In this document: positions 37,456 to 44,541 of the stretch, one piece after another
Position numbering within the stretch: position 1 is the stretch's first letter
Layout of the letters: each line of letters begins with the position of its first letter
NCBI GenBank assembly: GCA_002449785.1
Contig: DJXP01000035.1
Location: 1-63,385, forward strand
Direction: 5' to 3'
Source: Clostridiales bacterium UBA7001
GTDB lineage: Bacteria; Bacillota; Clostridia; TANB77; CAG-508
DNA length: 63,385 bases
Program-made: the position numbers and the translations under genes
Notes under the pieces: model-generated
Seen by the model: only the letters and a program-made list of their open reading frames with translations
Told to the model about the DNA's origin: nothing
Database searches by the model: none

Positions 37456-37757
37456 AATTGCATTAAAATTGCATTGTTTTTCAAAAAAATAATTCTGTAA
37501 GCCGCTTGTGCGTAGTACTTACAGAATTTATCAATTTGGCAGGGGTAAAACGATTTTTATCTTGCATTCATTGTTCTTCGTGCGTTATATCGCCATTTCA
37601 TGCACCTTCACGACACTTTAAATTTTACCCCATTTCACTTCATATTGCGTATTATCACTTCATATTACTTCCTAACTGCATTACTTTTGCATTATAACAA
37701 TTTGTTTAGTTCTAGTCCGGTCTGGATGGTCAAATTAGAAATTTATTCGACCAAATG
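37456..37757. repeat. repeat module B: TGCATT direct repeats, hairpin, 11-nt tRNA-Trp 3' copy (37537-37547), conserved arm
   Basis: Homologous to module A. Its distal part (37630-37700) is repeated again at 40361-40432. Confidence 0.8.
37490..37684 (-). ncRNA. candidate ~200-nt transcript from module B (speculative)
   Basis: Minus strand has an extended -10 TGTTATAAT (plus 37691-37699) and a terminator hairpin 37495-37524 followed by U7. A 9-bp pairing GGGGUAAAA/UUUUACCCC closes a 90-nt domain ending in UGCCA. That pairing is not conserved in module A. Confidence 0.2.
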
Positions 37758-37910
37758 AGAACTTATTTAAATTGCATTTTTTGCTATTGTTATTGAGTTT
37801 CAAGTTTTTTTATGATATAAAAATATTAATTGGAATAATTTAAAATATGTTCACAATATTGTAATCATACGAACAAGTTGGATAAGAAAAATTTAAAAGG
37901 AGATTTATTT

Positions 37911-38549
37911 ATGGCTTTTGATTATAAAAAAGAATACAAAGACTTTTATATGCCTAAAAATAAACCAAGTATCGTTGAAATACCTAAAATGAATTATATT
38001 GCAGTAAGAGGAACAGGTAATCCTAACGAAGAAAATGGAGATTATCAAAATTCAATTGGATTATTGTATGGAATAGCTTATACAATAAAGATGAGTTATA
38101 AAGGAAATCATAAAATAGATGGATTTTTTGAATATGTTGTTCCACCACTTGAGGGATTCTGGTGGCAAGACGGATTAAAAGGAACAATAGATTATAATAA
38201 TAAAGGTGCTATGCATTTTATATCAATTATTAGACTTCCAGACTTTGTAAATAAAGCAGATTTTGATTGGGCTATTCAAGAAGCAACAAAAAAGAAAAAA
38301 CAAGATTTTTCAAGAGTGGAGTTTTTAACATATGATGAAGGTATTTGCGTTCAATGTATGCACATTGGAAGTTATGATGATGAGCTCACAACAGTTAATC
38401 TAATGCACGATTTCGCTAAAGAAAATGGATATGAATTAGATATAACAGAAAAAAGATTACATCACGAAATATATTTAAGTGATCCAAGAAAATGTGAAGT
38501 TAGTAAATTAAAGACTGTTATTAGACATCCAATAAAGAAAAAAATATAG
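37911..38549 (+). CDS. GyrI-like small-molecule-binding domain protein
   Basis: FDYKKEYKDFY...PSIVEIPKMNYIAVRGTGNPN...PPLEGFWW is the GyrI-like/effector-binding family pattern. ATG at 37911 follows SD aaggag. Confidence 0.75.
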   Translation: MAFDYKKEYKDFYMPKNKPSIVEIPKMNYIAVRGTGNPNEENGDYQNSIGLLYGIAYTIKMSYKGNHKIDGFFEYVVPPLEGFWWQDGLKGTIDYNNKGAMHFISIIRLPDFVNKADFDWAIQEATKKKKQDFSRVEFLTYDEGICVQCMHIGSYDDELTTVNLMHDFAKENGYELDITEKRLHHEIYLSDPRKCEVSKLKTVIRHPIKKKI

Positions 38550-38561
38550 GAGGAATAAACT

Positions 38562-38870
38562 ATGGCTACATCGAAAGAATATAAAGATTTTATAATAGAA
38601 CAATTAGAATTATTAGATAATATAACATACAAAGCAATGATGGGAGAATTTTTATTATATTATAATGATGTTTTATTTGGTGGTATTTATGATAACAGGT
38701 TACTTGTAAAAATAGTTGATGCTAATAAAAAGTATAATATGCAAGAGCAAATACCTTATGAAAGTGCAAAACCTATGTATTTAGTAGATGATGTAGATAA
38801 TAAAGAATTATTAAAAGAAATTGTAATTGAAACTTGCAAAGGATTACCAAATAAAAATAGTGATTTTTAA
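38562..38870 (+). CDS. TfoX N-terminal domain protein
   Basis: KAMMGEFLLYYNDVLFGGIYDNRLLVK is the TfoX_N pattern. Confidence 0.7.
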   Translation: MATSKEYKDFIIEQLELLDNITYKAMMGEFLLYYNDVLFGGIYDNRLLVKIVDANKKYNMQEQIPYESAKPMYLVDDVDNKELLKEIVIETCKGLPNKNSDF

Positions 38871-38889
38871 GGAAAGTTGCAAGTACTCA

Positions 38890-38930
38890 ACTAATCGTTG
38901 ATATAAAAAATACCCCACTCAACGATTAGT
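38890..38930. promoter_or_regulatory. perfect 12-bp inverted repeat upstream of the XRE regulator gene (candidate operator)
   Basis: actaatcgttga (38890-38901) and tcaacgattagt (38919-38930), separated by 17 nt, ~55 nt upstream of the ATG at 38985. Confidence 0.35.
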
Positions 38931-38984
38931 ATGTGTAATTTTTCAAGATAATAGTTTACACTTGAATTGAAGGAGGTAAAAGAT

Positions 38985-39593
38985 ATGGATCAGATAAAAA
39001 TTGGAAAGTTTATAGCTGAGTGTAGAAAGAAAAATAATTTAACACAAATGCAACTTGCAGAAAAACTAAATATAACAGATAGAGCTATATCTAAATGGGA
39101 AAACGGAAAAGGAATGCCTGATTCATCAATAATGCTTGATTTATGTGAAAAATTAAAAATAAGTGTAAATGAATTATTAAGTGGGGAGGTAATTAAAATG
39201 GAGGATTATAGAAAACAGGCTGAAGAAAATTTGTTGAAAATGGAGAAAGAAAGAGAAGAAAAAGATAGACAATTATTAAATTTAGAAGTGGTTATAGGTT
39301 ATTTCTCATCAATTACATTTTTAATTTTAATATTTGTAGCGTCTTTTGTAGAAATGTCATCTTGGCTTAGAATTGTTCTGATAGTATTTGGTTCTATAGT
39401 ATTTGCAGTTGGAGTAGGTAAGGCAATAAAAATAGAACAAACAGCAGGATATTATGAATGCGATAAATGTCATTATAAATATGTGCCAGAATATTCAAGT
39501 GTATTTTGGGCTATGCACATGGGAAGAACAAGATATATGAAATGTCCAAAATGCAATGAGAAAAGTTGGCAGAAAAAAGTAATAAGTAAATAA
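38985..39593 (+). CDS. XRE-family HTH protein with two TM helices and a C-terminal Cys4 zinc-ribbon
   Basis: LTQMQLAEKLNITDRAISKWENGKGMP is the HTH. Hydrophobic segments follow, then CDKC...CPKC. Confidence 0.8.
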   Translation: MDQIKIGKFIAECRKKNNLTQMQLAEKLNITDRAISKWENGKGMPDSSIMLDLCEKLKISVNELLSGEVIKMEDYRKQAEENLLKMEKEREEKDRQLLNLEVVIGYFSSITFLILIFVASFVEMSSWLRIVLIVFGSIVFAVGVGKAIKIEQTAGYYECDKCHYKYVPEYSSVFWAMHMGRTRYMKCPKCNEKSWQKKVISK

Positions 39594-39619
39594 TAAATTA
39601 CAATTTGAAAGGATAAAAT

Positions 39620-40225
39620 ATGATTCAACTATTAAAATATGGAAATACTAATTGTTACTATATAGAAGGAAAAAAGGGTAGCATATTAGTTGATACAGAT
39701 TGGGCGGGAACACTACAAGCCTTTTATAAAAAGATTAAAGAATTAAATATAACAAAAATTGATTATCTTTTAATAACACATTTTCATCCTGACCACATAG
39801 GAATAGCACAAAATATAATTGATATGGGAACAAAATTATTGTTAATAGATGTTCAAAAAGATTATATACATTGTTCAAATAAAATATTTGAAAAAGATAA
39901 AAATATAAGTTTTAAGCCTATAAATACAGAGCCTATAATTATATCTTGTGAACAAAGTAGAGAGTTTTTGAATGGGTTAGGGATAGATGGAGAAATAATA
40001 TATACACCAGGACATAGCGAAGATAGTATTTCTTTAATTCTAGATAATGGAAGTGCTTTCGTTGGAGATTTATACGATTTAAAATCAGCAATAACATTTA
40101 ATGATAAAAAGATAAATAATAGTTGGAATAAAATATTAAGCCATAATATATCTAAAATATATTATGGACATCACGAACAGACTATTAGCAATATTAAAAA
40201 AATTGAAGATACAATAAACAATTAG
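39620..40225 (+). CDS. MBL-fold metallo-hydrolase
   Basis: THFHPDHIG motif, a later GHSEDS, and a D..YGHH tail. Confidence 0.8.
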   Translation: MIQLLKYGNTNCYYIEGKKGSILVDTDWAGTLQAFYKKIKELNITKIDYLLITHFHPDHIGIAQNIIDMGTKLLLIDVQKDYIHCSNKIFEKDKNISFKPINTEPIIISCEQSREFLNGLGIDGEIIYTPGHSEDSISLILDNGSAFVGDLYDLKSAITFNDKKINNSWNKILSHNISKIYYGHHEQTISNIKKIEDTINN

Positions 40226-40285
40226 TGCAATAAATTGCAATTTATTAGGATGTTAACAATATTTTGGTATTATGCACAAGACCAG

Positions 40286-40318
40286 AAGAGGAGTTTAATT
40301 TATAACTCCTTTTTTTGA
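40286..40318 (+). terminator. Rho-independent terminator after the MBL-fold gene
   Basis: aggagtt-taatttat-aactcct hairpin followed by a T7 run. Confidence 0.75.
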
Positions 40319-40360
40319 TTCAAGAAATTATAAAAAATGTATTTAATTGAATACAGGAAA

Positions 40361-40512
40361 ATTACTTCACATCACTTCAAATGTAGCATTATCACTACAT
40401 TCTACTTTCCTGTTGCATTACTTTTGCATTATTTTTGAAAAAATAAATCTCGTAAGTGGCTTGCTTGTAGCAACTTACGAGATTTCTAATTTGGCAGGGG
40501 TAGTAGGATTCG
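40361..40512. repeat. repeat module C: arm fragment, hairpin, 21-nt copy of the tRNA-Trp 3' end (40492-40512)
   Basis: 40361-40432 matches 37630-37700. The hairpin is atctcgtaagt...acttacgagat. tggcaggggtagtaggattcg is identical to 40669-40689. Confidence 0.8.
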
Positions 40513-40630
40513 GCGAGCCGCGTCGGTAAAATAGTCCACTGGACTATTTTAGCCTTCGTCCAGGGCTTGCAATGCAATCTCCTGTACTTGGCAACCTCCT
40601 TTTCGAATCCTCCTAAGTAAAATCTGCCAC

Positions 40631-40661
40631 AAAAAATACCCTTTAGCTTATGCTAAGGGCA
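40631..40661 (-). terminator. Rho-independent terminator of tRNA-Trp
   Basis: Minus strand reads GCCCUUAGC-AUAA-GCUAAAGGG followed by UAUUUUUUG. Confidence 0.65.
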
Positions 40662-40668
40662 TTTTCCG

Positions 40669-40743
40669 TGGCAGGGGTAGTAGGATTCGAACCCACACAG
40701 GCGGTTTTGGAGACCGATGTGCTACCATTGACACTATACCCCT
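40669..40743 (-). tRNA. tRNA-Trp (anticodon CCA), CCA encoded
   Basis: The reverse complement AGGGGTATAGTGTCAATGGTAGCACATCGGTCTCCAAAACCG...GGTTCGAATCCTACTACCCCTGCCA folds as a cloverleaf. Anticodon loop is CTCCAAA. Confidence 0.92.
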
Positions 40744-40810
40744 AAAAGAATTAACAATATTAATATTAACACACAGCAAAAAAAAATTCAATACTTTAAT
40801 AAAAAATTTC

Positions 40811-40839
40811 TTGCACTTAATGAAAAATCGTGCTATAAT
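40811..40839 (+). promoter_or_regulatory. sigma-A type promoter for the M23 peptidase gene
   Basis: TTGCAC, 17 nt, TATAAT (tgcTATAAT). Confidence 0.5.
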
Positions 40840-40889
40840 TCTTGAAAAATTTTTTTTACCTATTTTTTATTATAAAGGAGGTCATAATT

Positions 40890-41493
40890 ATTAATTTCTT
40901 TTCAAAAATTTATTTTAGTTCAATTTCAATCTTAATATTTTTTTCAGTAATTATTATTTTATGTTTCTATATTTGTTTTCAAAATACAAATACTAATTTA
41001 GATGATATTAATTTAAGTGGAGAAGAGTTAACATATTATTTTTCTAATACTGACTTTTTTTGGCCATTACCTGGATTTCATAGAATTACTTCACCATTTG
41101 GAAAAAGAGTTTCACCAACGTCAGGTGCATCTACATATCATTCTGGCATAGATATAGCTGCACCAGAAGGTACCAATATTTATTCTGTAACAACAGGAAA
41201 AGTTATTTTTATAGGGTTTAAAGGTGCAGGTGGATTTACAATTACTGTTGAAAGCAATAATTATAATATATCTTATTGTCATGTTTCTCCTAATTACATA
41301 GTATCTGTTCGGAACCGTTGTAAATAGTGGGTCAGTAATTGGTAATGTGGGACCTAAGTATGTAGAAAATGTGCCTAATAATAAATATAAAGATTCATCT
41401 GGTAGAACAACTAATGGAGCGACAACAGGATGTCACTTACATTTAACTATAAAAAAAGACGGCCAAGCCGTCAATCCATTCGATTATTTTTAA
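40890..41493 (+). pseudogene. M23 family metallopeptidase, interrupted; needs a +1 shift at in-frame CGG 41310-41312; start codon non-canonical or uncertain
   Basis: HSGIDIAAPEGT is in the first frame. After skipping C41310 the frame reads VSV-GTVVNSGSVIGNVG...GCHLHLTIKKDGQAVNP, the M23 HxH block, to TAA at 41491-41493. SD aggagg at 40876-40881 is followed only by ATA/ATT codons. Confidence 0.85.
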
Positions 41494-41496
41494 GTT

Positions 41497-42063
41497 TTAA
41501 ACTCTTTCCATATATTCACCAGTTCTTGTATCTATTCTAATTTTATCACCGATTTCAACAAATAAAGGAACCGAAATTTCTAAACCATTTTCTAAAGTTG
41601 CTGGTTTTCCAGATGTTGTAGTAGTATTTCCAGAAAATCCAGGCTCAGTATATGTAACTTCAAGTTCAACAAACATTGGTGGTTCAACATTAAAAACTTT
41701 ACCTTTAAAAGATAGAACGGTAACATTCATGTTTTCCTTAATATATTTTAAAGCATCTCCTAATTGTTCTTCATTTAGTGGAATTTGTTCATATGTTTCA
41801 TTGTCCATTAAATAATATAATCCACCATCATTATATAAATATTGCATCTCTCTTTTTTCAATTTCTGCACCTTGTAATTTTTCAGATGGGTTAAATGTTC
41901 TTTCAATAACAGCACCAGTTATTACATTTTTCATTTTAACTCTAACGAATGCAGCTCCTTTACCAGGTTTTACATGTTGGAATTCAACAACTTTAAAAAC
42001 ATTTCCATCTAATTCAAATGTAGTATTATTTCTCAAATCTCCTGCCATATATACATCTGCCAT
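41497..42063 (-). CDS. efp: elongation factor P
   Basis: [22 protein letters not shown], and a length of 188 aa. Confidence 0.93.
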   Translation of the reverse strand: MADVYMAGDLRNNTTFELDGNVFKVVEFQHVKPGKGAAFVRVKMKNVITGAVIERTFNPSEKLQGAEIEKREMQYLYNDGGLYYLMDNETYEQIPLNEEQLGDALKYIKENMNVTVLSFKGKVFNVEPPMFVELEVTYTEPGFSGNTTTTSGKPATLENGLEISVPLFVEIGDKIRIDTRTGEYMERV

Positions 42064-42291
42064 AATAATCTCTCCTTTTCATTATTTCATTTATCTTAAA
42101 TATTTTATCATAATATTTGTTGGAAATCAACTTAATTTGTGAAAAAAACTGCTAAAATAAGACAAGTGCAGGCGTTTAAAGTTACAATTCACAGACTTTA
42201 ATAATAACTAGTTCTATATGAAATATTATTGGCTGTGAAGTGTAACCTTCTATAATTAAAATTAAAATACAAAAAAAAAATAAAAAATAAC

Positions 42292-42320
42292 TTGAAAAAA
42301 AAAATAGATAGTACTATAAT
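42292..42320 (+). promoter_or_regulatory. sigma-A type promoter for the sortase-substrate gene
   Basis: TTGAAA, 17 nt, TATAAT. Confidence 0.5.
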
Positions 42321-42357
42321 GATAATGATATTATTTTAAGGTTTGAAAGGGGAAAAA

Positions 42358-42951
42358 ATGAAAAAGTTTTCAAAAATATTGGTTTTAGCTTTAATAATTA
42401 TGACAGTTGCTAGCATTGCTTCAACAGTTAAAGCTGCAAACGCAGATTTAAAAGCATATATAGGAACAGTTCATAATATTAATGGAATGTTATGGGAATT
42501 ATCTAATGATGCTAAGCAAAAATTAGTAAATTTGGCTGCAAGATTAGATGATGCAACATCAGATTCAATAATGAATGATATAGTAGCTGCAGAAATGGTT
42601 GTTAGAAATTCTGGAGTTACAAATCATAATAATTTATCTGCTGCTCAACAAGCACAAATAGTGGCTTATGCACAATCAGCTGCTAGTAAAGCAGGTGCAA
42701 ATTTAACAGTAGATTTAAGTAAAAGAACATATTCTTTAACTAAAAATGGAAAAGTAATTTTATCAGGAAATATTGATTCATTAGTAGTAGATCCTGGAAC
42801 AGCTCCAGCTGGTGGTTCAGGTTCAGCTCATGCAGCTGCTACTTCAACAGGAAGAAAATTATTATATACAGGTTCAAATTATGCAGTATATGCATTTTCA
42901 GCTGTAGCAATAGTTGCCGTTGCATTAGTAGTTAGAAAGAAAAGAGCTTAA
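42358..42951 (+). CDS. secreted protein with C-terminal cell-wall sorting-signal architecture (non-canonical LLYTGS motif)
   Basis: Signal peptide, Ala/Ser-rich body, then LLYTGS + 19 hydrophobic residues + RKKRA tail. Confidence 0.65.
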   Translation: MKKFSKILVLALIIMTVASIASTVKAANADLKAYIGTVHNINGMLWELSNDAKQKLVNLAARLDDATSDSIMNDIVAAEMVVRNSGVTNHNNLSAAQQAQIVAYAQSAASKAGANLTVDLSKRTYSLTKNGKVILSGNIDSLVVDPGTAPAGGSGSAHAAATSTGRKLLYTGSNYAVYAFSAVAIVAVALVVRKKRA

Positions 42952-42956
42952 TTTAA

Positions 42957-43568
42957 TTGAAAAAAATATTTGGAATTATAAAAGCAACTATATATGATTT
43001 AATAGTTGCTTTTTTCTTTATTATAGTTATATGTTATTGTGCTGTAAAAATAGGTGAAGAAAAATTTGTAATGGCAACTCATCTTTTACAAATAATAACT
43101 ATTAAACCCGAAGAACCTCAAAATATTTCTCCGGTTTTAGAAGGAAATGTATTAGTTAATTATCCAACTTTTGGAACTAAATATGCAGATATACAAATTG
43201 ATAGTATTAATTTAAATCTGCCAGTTTATTATGGTGCAAATTATACTATCTTAAAAAGTGGAATTGCTCATGATGAAACTTCTTATTTTCCTGGAGAAGG
43301 TGGAAGCGTAATAATGGCAGGACATAATTTTAAAAGCTTTTTTGCTAATTTACCTAAAGTAAAAGTTGGAGATATAATATCTTTAAAAACAACATATGGA
43401 ACTTTTAATTATGAAGTTTCTAAAACTAAAATAGTGAATGAAGACGATGTAGATGAAGTTCCTGTTCAAAAAGATAAAGAAATATTAATGCTTTATACAT
43501 GCTGGCCAATAAATAATATAGGTCATGCATCACAAAGATATGTGGTATATGCAGACATAGTTAAATAA
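42957..43568 (+). CDS. sortase family transpeptidase
   Basis: N-terminal TM helix, IMAGHNF (His), MLYTCWP (Cys), SQRYVVYA (Arg). Confidence 0.85.
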   Translation: MKKIFGIIKATIYDLIVAFFFIIVICYCAVKIGEEKFVMATHLLQIITIKPEEPQNISPVLEGNVLVNYPTFGTKYADIQIDSINLNLPVYYGANYTILKSGIAHDETSYFPGEGGSVIMAGHNFKSFFANLPKVKVGDIISLKTTYGTFNYEVSKTKIVNEDDVDEVPVQKDKEILMLYTCWPINNIGHASQRYVVYADIVK

Positions 43569-43600
43569 AAGTAGTATATTGTATTAAATAAAGTGAGGAA

Positions 43601-44473
43601 ATGGGATTTAATATGAAAATTATAAAAGGAATTTTAAATGTGATATTTGCGTTTTTACTTGTTATTATTACATTCATTGTTTTAGGTAAAAATATATTGT
43701 CAAATAAACTATTAAATAAGAATTATATGTTAAATAAAATGGAAGAAATGCAGGTATATTTACAAATTTCGAGAGACGTTCAAAGTGGTTTTGAAAATTA
43801 TATTTATCAATCAGGTCTTCCAGAAGATACTATAAATAATTTATATACAGATGAAATGATTAAGAATGATACAAATAGTATATTAGAATATATTTATGAT
43901 GGAACTGAAATAAAAATAAGTGATGATATTGTAAGAGCTAATTTAGAACAAAAGATTGTATCTTATGTTGAAGGACAAAATTTAAAATTAAATGACCAAG
44001 GAAGGAAAAATATTTCAGATTTTGAAGATTTAATAGTAAATGAGTATAAAACAAATGTTAATATTGATGAATATAATAGTAGTTTGCAAGTATTTCCAAT
44101 TATTCATAATGTTGTACAAAAGTTGCAAGATATTAATCAAAAAATATGGCATTTACCGATAATTGCTTTACTAATATTGTTATTTGTTTTTATACTAATA
44201 AACAGAAAAAATTTATTAATTGCTATTCAGTATTTATCAATTTCTAGTTTAAGTATTGGAGTTATATTAAAATTAACTGTAAACTTAGTGTTTAAAAACT
44301 TTGATATAGATAATATTGTACTTTTTTCAACTGCAATGACAAATTTAGTAATAAATATAATAAAAGAGATATTGTATTCTTTATTAGATAATTCAAATAT
44401 ATTTGTTATTTGTGGAATAGTTGGAATAATAGTTTCATCTTTATTAAAAAATATATCAACAAATAAGGATTAA
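43601..44473 (+). CDS. membrane protein of unknown function
   Basis: N-terminal TM helix, central soluble region, four C-terminal TM helices. The start could instead be ATG at 43613. Confidence 0.55.
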   Translation: MGFNMKIIKGILNVIFAFLLVIITFIVLGKNILSNKLLNKNYMLNKMEEMQVYLQISRDVQSGFENYIYQSGLPEDTINNLYTDEMIKNDTNSILEYIYDGTEIKISDDIVRANLEQKIVSYVEGQNLKLNDQGRKNISDFEDLIVNEYKTNVNIDEYNSSLQVFPIIHNVVQKLQDINQKIWHLPIIALLILLFVFILINRKNLLIAIQYLSISSLSIGVILKLTVNLVFKNFDIDNIVLFSTAMTNLVINIIKEILYSLLDNSNIFVICGIVGIIVSSLLKNISTNKD

Positions 44474-44541
44474 AATATTTACAAAATTGAAAAAATAAAA
44501 TAAAATTAATTAAATTAAGTAGTATTATTGGAGGAAAATAA

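Larger units (their letters stand above)
35659..40668. mobile_element. integrase-less island: tandem cassettes bounded by direct repeats of the tRNA-Trp 3' end (CIME-like accretion)
   Basis: tggcaggggta occurs at 35659, 37537, 40492 (21-nt match) and in the intact tRNA at 40669. No recombinase gene lies inside. Confidence 0.45.

Noticed and set aside
37506-37697. 63-aa ORF inside repeat module B, and the 60-aa ORFs at 40347..40529 (+) and 40395..40577 (-) in module C
   Set aside because: The ORFs cover different, non-equivalent parts of the homologous modules. They lack an SD, and the reading frame is not preserved between copies. The similarity is at the nucleotide level, so the modules are treated as non-coding.
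40492-40630. tmRNA, tRNA-Sec or long-arm tRNA (Ser/Leu) hidden next to tRNA-Trp
   Set aside because: Only the last 21 nt match a tRNA 3' end. There is no matching 5' acceptor strand in register, no D-arm or anticodon arm, and no tmRNA tag-ORF features.
40842-40889. TTG at 40842 as the M23 peptidase start
   Set aside because: It lies 2 nt downstream of the predicted -10 box, has no SD, and the strong AGGAGG sits 34 nt inside this extension.
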